Source of the DNA: Bacteroidia bacterium
GTDB taxonomy: Bacteria; Bacteroidota; Bacteroidia; UKL13-3
NCBI GenBank assembly: GCA_051861545.1
Contig: JBIMKP010000007.1
Span: 5,206 to 69,205, forward strand
Reading direction: 5' to 3'
DNA: 64,000 nt
Shown piece by piece: positions 39,063 to 47,831 of this stretch (positions within the stretch are counted from its first letter, which is position 1; each line of letters opens with the position of its first letter). The notes beneath the pieces were generated by a model, which saw only the letters and a list, made by a program, of their open reading frames with translations, did no database searches and was not told the origin of the DNA. The position numbers and the translations under genes were made by a program.

Positions 39063-39746
39063 TTACCAAGCTTGTTCACCTATTAATGGTACAAACCTAA
39101 ATTTAGTTAAAGGTATAGCTTCAATTTCTCCGTTTGATTTTTTTACTAAAGAATGCATGATCTGTTCTTCTTCATTTCCTACAGGAATAATCATTATCCC
39201 TCCTGGTTTTAGTTGATTTACTAAGGCCATGGGTACTTTTGGAGCGCCTGCAGTAACTATAATTTTATCAAAAGGTCCATCTTCATATTTACCCAAAGAG
39301 CCATCTCCCAAAATAAAATTAGCATTCATCCCTAAGTTAGTTAATAGTTTTTTTGTTTTGATGAATAATGCTTCTTGTCGTTCTATAGTTACTAATTCAA
39401 CCCCCATTTCTATTAGAACAGCTGCTTGGTAACCAGAACCGGTGCCAATTTCTAATACTTTATCTCCTTTTTCTATATGTAATATCTGTGTTTGAAAGGC
39501 TACAGTATATGGTTGTGAAATTGTTTGTCCACTCCCAATTGGAAAGGCTTTGTCTTGATAAGCATGCGATCGGAAATCCTTGTGAATGAATAAATGACGA
39601 GGAATTTTTAACATAACATCAAGAACCGTTTTGTCTATTATCCCTTTTTGTTTTAACTCTTCTATTAATCGCTTTCTTGCTCCTTTATCTTTATATGTAT
39701 CTTGTTCTTTCGTCAATTCAATCATACCACGAATTAAAGCCTTCAT
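39063..39746 (-). CDS. pcm: Protein-L-isoaspartate O-methyltransferase
   Basis: SAM motif VLEIGTGSGYQAAVL. Length 227 aa. Post-I/II motifs. Confidence 0.8.
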   Translation of the reverse strand: MKALIRGMIELTKEQDTYKDKGARKRLIEELKQKGIIDKTVLDVMLKIPRHLFIHKDFRSHAYQDKAFPIGSGQTISQPYTVAFQTQILHIEKGDKVLEIGTGSGYQAAVLIEMGVELVTIERQEALFIKTKKLLTNLGMNANFILGDGSLGKYEDGPFDKIIVTAGAPKVPMALVNQLKPGGIMIIPVGNEEEQIMHSLVKKSNGEIEAIPLTKFRFVPLIGEQAW

Positions 39747-39906
39747 TGCTTAATTTTTGAGCCTGAATTTTTAACAATAGCTGATTTTTCACTTTGAAGT
39801 GTATATTTTATCTGATAAACGTATGCTCACTTGTTAAAATCTAATCTGACAATGTCGCAATTAAAGAGTTTAGTAAGGATATTTTTGTTTTGAGATAAAA
39901 CCCAAA

Positions 39907-40836
39907 ATGATCAAAATCGCTGTTGTTGGTGCCAACGAAAAAAGCAAAAAGCAAATAGAGAAACTTCTTGAAATCAAGGAGTTTAATCTAATTGGTTTTT
40001 ATGATCATGATGAAGAAAGCTCTAGATTACTAGAAAGTTCTTGCTCAATTAGTCGATTCGATGATTTTGATGACTTAATTAGAAGAGCAGATGCCATCAG
40101 TATTTTATCGCCAGTTGGCACTCATTATCAGTATGCATCAAGTGCCATCAGAAACCTAAAACATGTTTTTGTTAAACAAGTTTTAAGTGAAAGTTTAGAT
40201 GAAGCCAAAGAATTAAACAAATTGGCTGATGAAGCTAATGTTCAATTATATGTTTCTCATCATCAAAAATTTCATCCTAATTACCAATTATTAAAAAGAT
40301 TAGTCGATCAACCTTTTTATATCGAATCAAGTCGCTTTGATGCCAATGTAATTAATTATAGCACAGAAAATTTGGTGTTTGATTTGTTAATTACCGACTT
40401 AGAATTGGTAATGAATATGGTAAAATCTAAGGTGATGCGAGTTAGAGCAACTGGAGCTTGTTTACATTCAAGTTTGGTCGATTTTATTAATGTTAGAATT
40501 GAATTTGCTAACGGTTGTGTTTTTAATATGGTTTGTGGTAATTTTGAATCTGAACAAGGGAGTAAAATCAGGTTTTTTCAAAAAAATCAAACTTTTGGAA
40601 TTGATTTAGATTCATTTAAAATTTCTATGTTAAATTCCAGTGTGCCTGATAATCAGGAACAAGTATTAAAAACTGCAAAATCTAAAAAAGCCCCTGATAT
40701 GATTAAAAGAGAGCTCGAATATTTTGCTCAATCCATTAATAATCATTCACTTCAACTAAGAACACATTCAGATAATTTTGAAACGCTTGAAGTGGCACAT
40801 GCAATAATAGACAAGTTAAATATCACTAAAAGATAA
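39907..40836 (+). CDS. Gfo/Idh/MocA-family NAD(P)-dependent oxidoreductase
   Basis: N-terminal Rossmann region IKIAVVGAN. 309 aa. Confidence 0.55.
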   Translation: MIKIAVVGANEKSKKQIEKLLEIKEFNLIGFYDHDEESSRLLESSCSISRFDDFDDLIRRADAISILSPVGTHYQYASSAIRNLKHVFVKQVLSESLDEAKELNKLADEANVQLYVSHHQKFHPNYQLLKRLVDQPFYIESSRFDANVINYSTENLVFDLLITDLELVMNMVKSKVMRVRATGACLHSSLVDFINVRIEFANGCVFNMVCGNFESEQGSKIRFFQKNQTFGIDLDSFKISMLNSSVPDNQEQVLKTAKSKKAPDMIKRELEYFAQSINNHSLQLRTHSDNFETLEVAHAIIDKLNITKR

Positions 40837-40869
40837 TACTTTTGCCCGCAAAGCGTTTTTTTCTGATTC

Positions 40870-41751
40870 ATGAATCAATACAAACTATTCGTAATTATTG
40901 GGCTAAGTTGGAGTTTATTTTTTTCTGCTTGTAAAAGCAAAGAAGTAATTGTTCCCTCTTATTTATTTGCCAAACCTTATACCTTTACTACCAATGAAGA
41001 TAGGTCGGAGGGCGCACCTTCTGCCGATGTCAAGGATTATTGGATTTTTGAAAATGAGAAAATTCTAGGCAGTTTTGGTATTCCTACCGATATTCCAATT
41101 CAAAAAAGTGGTAAAACGCCAATAAGAATTTCAGCAGGAATTAGACGTTCTGGGCAAGAAGAAGAGAGAATGATTTACCCACTTTACAAAAGCTACTTAA
41201 CAAATGTCGATTTAAAAGTCAATCAAACTGATACAATTTTTCCAAATTTCACTTATTTAGATAATTGTGTGTTCAAATTCATTGAAGATTTTGATAAAAA
41301 TGGTGTTCAATTTGAATACAATCCTTCTTTTAAACTTGTAGGAGATACCATAATCAGAGTAACTGGTAGTAAAGCTTGGAATAAAGATTCAAATTCTGGG
41401 AAAGTTGTTTTAAAACAAGAGGGCTCAATTTTGGAGATTTATTCTGAAGTTTTTAAATCATTACCCAAATTTACTCCCATGTTTTTCGAAATTGATTATA
41501 AAAATAACGTTCCTTTCACAATTGGAATCTATGCAACCGAGATAGATGGAAGTGTTGAACAGGTACCATTGATTTTGCTCAAGGAAAAAGATACATGGAA
41601 TAAACTATATTTCGACCTTGAATCTGAAATTTCGTCGAGACCAGCTGGCACTGAATATAGAATATTTCTTAGGTTTAGTAATATTCTATCAGCTCCAATT
41701 GCAAATCCTGAAGTTTATATTGATAACTTGAAGCTTATACACATTGATTAA
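40870..41751 (+). CDS. Hypothetical lipoprotein
   Basis: Lipobox LFFSACKSK. Its 3' end overlaps the start of the sugar transferase gene. Confidence 0.45.
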   Translation: MNQYKLFVIIGLSWSLFFSACKSKEVIVPSYLFAKPYTFTTNEDRSEGAPSADVKDYWIFENEKILGSFGIPTDIPIQKSGKTPIRISAGIRRSGQEEERMIYPLYKSYLTNVDLKVNQTDTIFPNFTYLDNCVFKFIEDFDKNGVQFEYNPSFKLVGDTIIRVTGSKAWNKDSNSGKVVLKQEGSILEIYSEVFKSLPKFTPMFFEIDYKNNVPFTIGIYATEIDGSVEQVPLILLKEKDTWNKLYFDLESEISSRPAGTEYRIFLRFSNILSAPIANPEVYIDNLKLIHID

Positions 41752-43168
41752 TAAACGTAAGTTACATACGAGTCTTTTTGTTTTGAGTGACGCTTTGGTG
41801 GCGGCTTTAAGCTGGACTTTGTTTTTTGCTTACCGGAAATTTATTATCGAACCCGACAAATTTGGTTACAAAATTCCCTTAGAATTAGATAAGAATTTTT
41901 ATACAGCTTTATTGGTTGTGCCTTTTTATTGGTTTGTATTGTACTTTTTATCAGGTCATTATAAAGATGTTTGGAGGAAGTCTAGAATTAATGAAATCTC
42001 AAAATCGTTTTCAATTACTGTTGTTGGTGTGGTTTTGTTATTTTTTATTTTGTTGATTGATGATGAAGTAAAATCATACCAATCATATTATAAAAGTACC
42101 CTAACTTTATTTGTTTTACATTTTGGTTTTACAACTATAATTAGGTTATTTCAAGCCTATTACGTTAAAATTTTACTTAGAAAAAAAATAATTGGTTTTA
42201 ATACAATTGTAGTCGGCAATAACGAAAAGTCACTTCAATTAGTGAAAGAATTAATTGATCCAAGTCTTACTCAAGGTTTTATAGTGAAAGGTTTTGTGAG
42301 TTATAATGGTGATGCAGATGACCATATTTTAAAAGATTTAATTCCATCCTTAGGAACTTATGCCGATTTACCAAAACGAATTGCTGAATACAAAATTGAA
42401 GAAGTGATTATTGGAATTGAAAGTTCTAAACATGCTGAAATCAATAAAGTTACAAATGTTTTGGAAGATCAACCAGTTACATTAAAAATCATTCCCGATT
42501 TGTTCGATTTGATGAGCGGGCAGGTAAGAATGAACAATGTAATTGGAACCGCGCTTATTGAAATCAACCATGATGTGATGCCTCAATGGCAAATTGTTGC
42601 AAAACGACTCATGGATTTATTCGTTTCATTATTTGTATTGGTTGTTTTTTCTCCATTTTTTCTAGTTGTGGCTGGATTGGTAGCATTTAGTTCTAAAGGT
42701 CCTATTTTTTATAAACAAATCAGACTTGGTTTAAAAGGAAAACCTTTTCACATATTAAAGTTCCGAACCATGTTTGTTGATGCTGAGCATCTTGGGCCGC
42801 AATTATCATCACATAACGACAAAAGGATTACGCCTATAGGTAGAATTTTGAGGAAATATAGAATTGATGAAATTCCTCAGTTTTTTAACGTGTTAATAGG
42901 GGAGATGAGTTTGGTAGGACCACGTCCTGAAAGGAAATTCTTTGTTGACCAAATAGTTAAGATTGCACCACATTACAGGCATTTACACCGTGTAAAACCA
43001 GGAATAACATCATGGGGACAAGTAAAATACGGATATGCAGAAAATGTAGAGCAAATGGTTGAAAGGTTAAAGTTTGATATTTTGTATATAGAGAATAGGT
43101 CAATTGCAGTTGATGTTAGGATATTGATTTATACTGTTTTAACTATATTACAAGGACGAGGAAGGTAA
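41744..43168 (+). CDS. Polyprenyl-phosphate sugar phosphotransferase (WbaP/exopolysaccharide-initiating 'bacterial sugar transferase')
   Basis: Multi-TM N-terminus. C-terminal catalytic block ..RIDEIPQFFNVLIGEMSLVGPRPE... Confidence 0.85.
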   Translation: MINKRKLHTSLFVLSDALVAALSWTLFFAYRKFIIEPDKFGYKIPLELDKNFYTALLVVPFYWFVLYFLSGHYKDVWRKSRINEISKSFSITVVGVVLLFFILLIDDEVKSYQSYYKSTLTLFVLHFGFTTIIRLFQAYYVKILLRKKIIGFNTIVVGNNEKSLQLVKELIDPSLTQGFIVKGFVSYNGDADDHILKDLIPSLGTYADLPKRIAEYKIEEVIIGIESSKHAEINKVTNVLEDQPVTLKIIPDLFDLMSGQVRMNNVIGTALIEINHDVMPQWQIVAKRLMDLFVSLFVLVVFSPFFLVVAGLVAFSSKGPIFYKQIRLGLKGKPFHILKFRTMFVDAEHLGPQLSSHNDKRITPIGRILRKYRIDEIPQFFNVLIGEMSLVGPRPERKFFVDQIVKIAPHYRHLHRVKPGITSWGQVKYGYAENVEQMVERLKFDILYIENRSIAVDVRILIYTVLTILQGRGR

Positions 43169-43215
43169 TTCTTGGGATTTTTTTTAGAATTGCTTGTTAT
43201 TTAGGCTAATCTTCA

Positions 43216-43223
43216 TATTTTTG
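43216..43223 (+). promoter_or_regulatory. Bacteroidetes -7 box TAnnTTTG upstream of rplU
   Basis: tatttttg (context tatttttgcgg) lies 22 nt upstream of the rplU ATG. Confidence 0.35.
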
Positions 43224-43244
43224 CGGTCCTAAAATTTTTGTAAC

Positions 43245-43556
43245 ATGTTCGCAATAGTTGAAATTGCTGGCCAACAATTTAAAGTTGAAAAAGACCAAAC
43301 CTTGTACGTGCATCGCATGCCACAAGCTGAAGGCGCCAGCGTTGAACTCAGTAATGTATTGTTGGTTAACAACAATGGTTCTATTAAAATCGGTGCACCT
43401 AGTGTAGCCGGAGCTAAAATCAATGCAACCGTACTTTCTCACTTACAAGGTGATAAAGTTATTGTATTTAAGAAAAAACGCCGTAAAGGTTACCGCAAGA
43501 AAAACGGTCACCGTCAGGCTTTAACTAAAATCAAAATCGATTCTATTAACGCTTAA
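43245..43556 (+). CDS. rplU: 50S ribosomal protein L21
   Basis: N-terminus [22 protein letters not shown]. 103 aa. Confidence 0.9.
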   Translation: MFAIVEIAGQQFKVEKDQTLYVHRMPQAEGASVELSNVLLVNNNGSIKIGAPSVAGAKINATVLSHLQGDKVIVFKKKRRKGYRKKNGHRQALTKIKIDSINA

Positions 43557-43575
43557 TAACGAGGAGTAAAAATAA

Positions 43576-43839
43576 ATGGCACACAAAAAAGGGGTAGGTA
43601 GTTCCAAAAACGGCCGTGAGTCCCATAGTAAACGTTTAGGTGTAAAAATATTTGGCGGTCAAAGCGTAATTGCTGGTAATATCATCGTTCGTCAAAGAGG
43701 TACCAAACATCATCCAGGTTTAAATGTAGGTATTGGTAAAGATCATACCTTATTTGCTTTAGTTGATGGAAAAGTTGCTTTCAGAAAGAAAGCTAACGAT
43801 CGTTCTTTTGTATCGGTAGTACCGTTTGCAGAAGCGTAA
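43576..43839 (+). CDS. rpmA: 50S ribosomal protein L27
   Basis: N-terminus [24 protein letters not shown]. 87 aa. Confidence 0.9.
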   Translation: MAHKKGVGSSKNGRESHSKRLGVKIFGGQSVIAGNIIVRQRGTKHHPGLNVGIGKDHTLFALVDGKVAFRKKANDRSFVSVVPFAEA

Positions 43840-43982
43840 TATCAAATTTTAAATGAATAATACTGGGTAAGTTTCTTATCCGGTATTTTTCGTTTATGTG
43901 AGTATACAAAGTTTGAATTAGCAAATTTCTAATTTAGATTTATCTACTTGATAAATCTAATAGATGAAATGCTAAAAATTTT

Positions 43983-44071
43983 GGGGGATTAGCTCATTTG
44001 CTATGATGATTCTATCAGCATTTTGCTAGAGCGTGCTGACGATACTGTCAGCAAGGTGACCGGTTCAAGTG
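43983..44071 (+). pseudogene. Degenerate tRNA-Ala-derived copy A
   Basis: GGGGGATTAGCTCATTTG is identical to the tRNA 5' end. A 25-nt insertion (ctatgatgattctatcagcattttg) sits in the D-loop. The anticodon arm is replaced by hairpin TGCTGAC-GATACT-GTCAGCA. The T-arm is truncated (ggtgaccggttcaagtg). Confidence 0.55.
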
Positions 44072-44083
44072 AAAAAAATAAAA

Positions 44084-44157
44084 GGGGGATTAGCTCATTT
44101 GGCTAGAGCGCTTGCCTGGCAGGCAAGAGGTGACCGGTTCGAATCCGGTATTCTCCA
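44084..44157 (+). tRNA. tRNA-Ala (anticodon GGC)
   Basis: Folded by hand. Acceptor GGGGGAT/ATTCTCC with the G3:U70 Ala identity pair. D-arm GCTC-ATTTGGCTA-GAGC. Anticodon arm CTTGC-CTGGCAG-GCAAG. Variable loop AGGTG. T-arm ACCGG-TTCGAAT-CCGGT. Discriminator A. No encoded CCA. Confidence 0.85.
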
Positions 44158-44168
44158 CTGAATAATAA

Positions 44169-44193
44169 GAAGACGGCTTAGGTCGTCTTTTTT
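44169..44193 (+). terminator. Rho-independent terminator after tRNA-Ala
   Basis: aagacg-gcttaggt-cgtctt followed by a 7-nt T-run. Confidence 0.6.
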
Positions 44194-44198
44194 TGTTT

Positions 44199-44275
44199 TT
44201 GGGATTAGCTCATTTGGATAGAGCGTGCTGACAGTATCGTCAGCAAGGTGACCGGTTTGAATCCGGTATTCTCCA
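44199..44275 (+). pseudogene. Degenerate tRNA-Ala-derived copy C
   Basis: The acceptor 5' strand has mutated to TTGGGAT. D-arm and T-arm are intact. The anticodon arm is replaced by hairpin TGCTGAC-AGTATC-GTCAGCA, the exact reverse complement of the hairpin in copy A. Confidence 0.55.
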
Positions 44276-44314
44276 CTGAATTAAACACGATTATGTTCGT
44301 CTTTTTTGTTTTTA

Positions 44315-44354
44315 GGGATTAGCTTAATTGTGCTGAGGATTCTATCAGCATTTG
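44315..44354 (+). pseudogene. tRNA-derived 5' fragment D
   Basis: gggattagcttaattg followed by hairpin tgctga-ggattcta-tcagca. Rest of the tRNA is absent. Confidence 0.45.
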
Positions 44355-44534
44355 AAAACCACACAGAATTAAATGGTTATATTAAAAATTATCTTTCTTC
44401 AAATTCAAGTAAACAAGTGAGTGTTGAGGTTTTAACTCAGTCGGATGCCGAACAACTATTAGCAAGCATAAAAGAAAAGATTGAGTTACATGAACAAGCA
44501 AAATAACAAAAGCCCGAAATTAATCGGGCTTTTG

Positions 44535-44696
44535 TTATTTTAAGGCTTTTGCTATTAAGCTAATGGCTAGTATTGCAGCTGAGGTTAGCACAATAGCGTT
44601 AACTATCTCAGCTGTTTTGCCATATACTGTAACACAAGTTTGCTTGTTGCACAGTGTAACTTTTTCGCCTTTGGGGTAATTGTATAAATTACTCAT
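44535..44696 (-). CDS. Possible small membrane protein (53 aa)
   Basis: Not in the ORF track. MSNLYNYPKGEKVTLCNKQTCVTVYGKTAEIVNAIVLTSAAILAISLIAKALK. Ends at the palindromic terminator aaaagcccgaaattaatcgggctttt (44508-44533). Confidence 0.25.
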   Translation of the reverse strand: MSNLYNYPKGEKVTLCNKQTCVTVYGKTAEIVNAIVLTSAAILAISLIAKALK

Positions 44697-44762
44697 AAAG
44701 ATAAAAAATTAAATTGTAACAATTCCCTCACTCTTACCCGGAGGGTTCAAGTTTCTGTTGTA

Positions 44763-44930
44763 TTACTCTTTTGTAATACCTTTAAATGGAGTGCCGTCAG
44801 ATTTGCCATCCATAAACTTTCCGTCTGGACCTCTTTTTGTCCAGATTTTAGTTAACGGATTTAAAACTTGAGTACGATCTTTAACAGCACCTTTACGGTG
44901 GCCATCTCCAATTGGCGCATTTTTAGCCAT
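44763..44930 (-). CDS. Possible small basic protein (55 aa)
   Basis: Not in the ORF track. MAKNAPIGDGHRKGAVKDRTQVLNPLTKIWTKRGPDGKFMDGKSDGTPFKGITKE. ATG start. No homology recognised. Confidence 0.3.
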   Translation of the reverse strand: MAKNAPIGDGHRKGAVKDRTQVLNPLTKIWTKRGPDGKFMDGKSDGTPFKGITKE

Positions 44931-45126
44931 AATGTTCTAAAATTTAACTTTACAGGCTGTTTTAAACTGAGCCACCTGTCACCAAGCCAAGAAAAAGACA
45001 TTTTGAATACTACCAGCAATTGTTACATTTGTGTTACCAAACAAAATATGTTAGCATGAGCTTGCAGAATTCGGGGGAGTCTTTTTCGGCTTCCCCTTTT
45101 TATTACACAAATTTAAATCTTTGTTT

Positions 45127-45160
45127 TGGACAAATCAGAAATATTTTTTATATTTGTCCA
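45127..45160. promoter_or_regulatory. 9-bp inverted repeat tggacaaat-N16-atttgtcca overlapping a TAnnTTTG -7 box (tatatttg, 45149-45156) upstream of the XRE-ImmA gene
   Basis: Perfect inverted repeat read in the sequence. An operator overlapping the promoter suggests autorepression by the HTH domain. Confidence 0.4.
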
Positions 45161-45201
45161 TAAGTTTTTCCCATTCCTAAGGCAATCAACTCTTTCACTA
45201 T

Positions 45202-46263
45202 ATGCAATACTTCAGCAGTCGATTAAAAAGCGCGAGGGTAATGAATGGTTTTTCATTACAAGATTTATCTGATAAATTGAAAGGAGAAATTTCTAAACAA
45301 GATTTGAATAGATTAGAATTAGGTTTAAATCAGCCTAATAGTGAAATTTTAGCTAAGCTTTCTTCTGCTTTGAATATTCCTTCTGATTATTTTTTTAGAA
45401 ATGAAACAATCAATCTTCCTTCCGTTGAATTTAGAAAACTAACCAAACTTCCTAAAAAAGACCAAGAAGCTGTTAAAGGAAAAACCATTGATTTTTTAGA
45501 ACGATACGCAGAGCTTGAGAATTTAATGGGTGTATCTCAATCACCAGTATTTAATCATAAAGAGTATGTGATCAATTTTAATAGTCCTGAAGAAATTGAA
45601 AAAGCGGCCAATGTTTTCAGATCTAAATTAAATCTTGGTATAGATCCCATTTATAATCTTATTGAATTGTTAGAAGAAAATGGAGTTAGGGTGTTTTCTA
45701 CAATTGCTTCTCCATCATTTTCTGGAATGTCCACTTGTGTTGCAAATTCACTATTAGTGGTTGTTTTTAATAATAATGAAGAAATACCTTTAGTAAGAAA
45801 ACGATTTACCATTTTGCATGAAATCGCACATTTATTTTTGGATTTGGAGAAATTCGAAGATAAAGTGAAAGAGCGTATTTGTGATTCTTTTGCAGGGGCA
45901 GTGTTGCTTCCCCAAAAGAAGTTATTAGAATATTTTGGTCCCAAAAGAAATAATTTTCTCACTAAAGAATTAATGGCTATAAAATCATATTTCGGAATTT
46001 CAATACCAGCAATTATTTATCGAGCGAATTCAAACCAAATAGTGAGTGACAATTATCTTAAATACTTTATGATTCGGTATAATAAAGAATATAAGGATTT
46101 GGAAAAAAACGGCTATTTAGGGAAGGAAGAGTCTCAAAGGTTTACTCAATTGCTGCTTAGGGCAGTTGCTGAGGAGGTAGTAACTTCTTCAAAAGCTGCA
46201 TCTTTGAATAACCAAAAACTATGGGAGTTTAGAAAGCAATTCATTGATAATATCTCTTATTAA
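45202..46263 (+). CDS. XRE-family HTH fused to ImmA/IrrE-type (M78) zinc metallopeptidase
   Basis: N-terminal HTH (..LKSARVMNGFSLQDLSDKL..). C-terminal HExxH motif ILHEIAHLFLD with downstream conserved E/D. 353 aa. Confidence 0.7.
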   Translation: MQYFSSRLKSARVMNGFSLQDLSDKLKGEISKQDLNRLELGLNQPNSEILAKLSSALNIPSDYFFRNETINLPSVEFRKLTKLPKKDQEAVKGKTIDFLERYAELENLMGVSQSPVFNHKEYVINFNSPEEIEKAANVFRSKLNLGIDPIYNLIELLEENGVRVFSTIASPSFSGMSTCVANSLLVVVFNNNEEIPLVRKRFTILHEIAHLFLDLEKFEDKVKERICDSFAGAVLLPQKKLLEYFGPKRNNFLTKELMAIKSYFGISIPAIIYRANSNQIVSDNYLKYFMIRYNKEYKDLEKNGYLGKEESQRFTQLLLRAVAEEVVTSSKAASLNNQKLWEFRKQFIDNISY

Positions 46264-46298
46264 GTCCTTTTTAATTTCGCCATCGTAATTCTACTCCA

Positions 46299-46799
46299 AT
46301 GCAAAAAATTGCCATTACTGATGCAAATATTTTTATTGATCTAATCGAAACTGAAATTTTCGAATATTTGTTTCAATTCGGAATAAAAGTACATACTACT
46401 TATGAAGTTTTTGACCAATTAAGCCCAAATCAACAAGAAATACTTAAGTCATTTGAGTTAAATGGAGAACTTGTAATTTACTGTCTTTCATATTATGAAT
46501 TAGTTCAATTAGAGAATTTGCAATTTCCAGCAGGTTTAGAGCTTGCTGATAGATCGGTCTATTTTTATGCAAATAATATTCAAGGTTTGGTTTTAAGTGG
46601 AGATAGAAAACTAAAAAAATATTGTGAAAGTAAGCAACTTCGAGTAAATGGGATAATTTGGGTATTTGACCAGATTCATGAATTTGGTCTTATTCAAAAG
46701 GCCGACTTAGTTTTCAAACTGAAATTATTAATGAAAATAAATAAAAGATTACCTGTCGAAGAATGCAATAAAAGGATTCATGCATGGCTTCAGGGCTAA
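46299..46799 (+). CDS. PIN-like nuclease domain protein (DUF4411-like), partner of the XRE-ImmA gene
   Basis: N-terminal IAITDANIFIDL carries the first PIN Asp. Central ..ELAD.. and SGDRKL acidic motifs. 166 aa. Sits 35 nt downstream on the same strand. Confidence 0.5.
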   Translation: MQKIAITDANIFIDLIETEIFEYLFQFGIKVHTTYEVFDQLSPNQQEILKSFELNGELVIYCLSYYELVQLENLQFPAGLELADRSVYFYANNIQGLVLSGDRKLKKYCESKQLRVNGIIWVFDQIHEFGLIQKADLVFKLKLLMKINKRLPVEECNKRIHAWLQG

Positions 46800-46897
46800 A
46801 TAATTTGCGTTTGCTATTTAAATTAAAAAATTGTTATTACTAAAATGAATTCAATTCTAATTAAAATTCTATTGATAAGGAATTTATTATAAGTTTT

Positions 46898-47263
46898 TCA
46901 CCCCTTCCTCAATATCTTCTCCATCTTTTTTCCTTTTGCCAATTCATCAACCAATTTGTCTAAATAACGAACTTTTTGGGTTAATGGATTAGTAATTTCT
47001 TCGACTTTATAACCGCAAATGTTTCCAGTGATTAAATGTGCATTGGGATTGATTATAGCTTTCTCGAAAAACTGCTCAAAATTGATTTTTTCTTCAATGA
47101 ATTGCTCTATTTGATTTTCATTAAATCCACATAACCATTCAATTACTTCATGTAATTCGGCAATTGTTCTTCCTTTTTTCTCCACTTTCGTAACATAATG
47201 AGGGTAAACAGAGCTAAAACTCATTTTTGTAATTTTTTCGTCGTGGTGGCTCGTACTTTTCAT
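46898..47263 (-). CDS. DUF2200-family protein
   Basis: [34 protein letters not shown] matches the conserved DUF2200 N-terminal block. 121 aa. Confidence 0.45.
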   Translation of the reverse strand: MKSTSHHDEKITKMSFSSVYPHYVTKVEKKGRTIAELHEVIEWLCGFNENQIEQFIEEKINFEQFFEKAIINPNAHLITGNICGYKVEEITNPLTQKVRYLDKLVDELAKGKKMEKILRKG

Positions 47264-47345
47264 ATTGGTATTTTATTGAAGAAATTCAAAAATAGAGCTT
47301 CGATTTTCTTAAAATATAAACTTCTTTAAAATATAAATCAATTTT

Positions 47346-47733
47346 CCGCATACTTACCAAGTATAATTTTTTATAAATCCCGTGTTTATTTTGAAAAGTA
47401 TTTTCAAAAAGCAGCTTGATGTTAAATTGCTCTTTTTTATGAAATTTATGACCCCGATAGGTGGTCTCATGTTTATAGAAAAATGCTAAAAATGAATTTC
47501 CCAACACTCTACAAACGCGGACCAAAGGTCCGCGTTTGTAGAGTGTTGGGCTGGTTTTCTTTACTTTTTATTTTCTATAATCATGTCATCCCTTCAGGAT
47601 TTTTAAGCGTTTCTAAAAAAAACATGTTTCTGATTTTAATTTATGTTTTAATGAATATTTTGATTTTTTAGAGTCATTATCGGGTTTAAGGCCTTTGAAA
47701 GTTCTTTTAGGTAAATAAGTGGATATTCGTTAG
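47346..47733. mobile_element. MITE-like intergenic repeat, copy 4
   Basis: Closest relative of copy 3, with long near-identical blocks. Flanked by imperfect direct repeats atataaatcaatttt (47331-47345) and atattaaatcaaatt (47734-47748). Palindrome at 47504-47554. Confidence 0.7.
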
Positions 47734-47831
47734 ATATTAAATCAAATTCATTGAGCAATTTTGACGTTTTATACCAAATCTTTTCCATTTGAAACCTAAT
47801 TCTTCCATAATAAAGCTTTTAAAATTAATCT

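Noticed and set aside
44306-44506. 66-aa + strand ORF starting inside tRNA fragment D
   Set aside because: It starts only with TTG inside the tRNA-derived sequence and has no in-frame ATG. The minus-strand micro-ORFs and terminator explain the region better.
44868-45059. 63-aa + strand ORF
   Set aside because: It overlaps the better-supported minus-strand 55-aa ORF. Its composition is Cys/Phe-rich and not protein-like.
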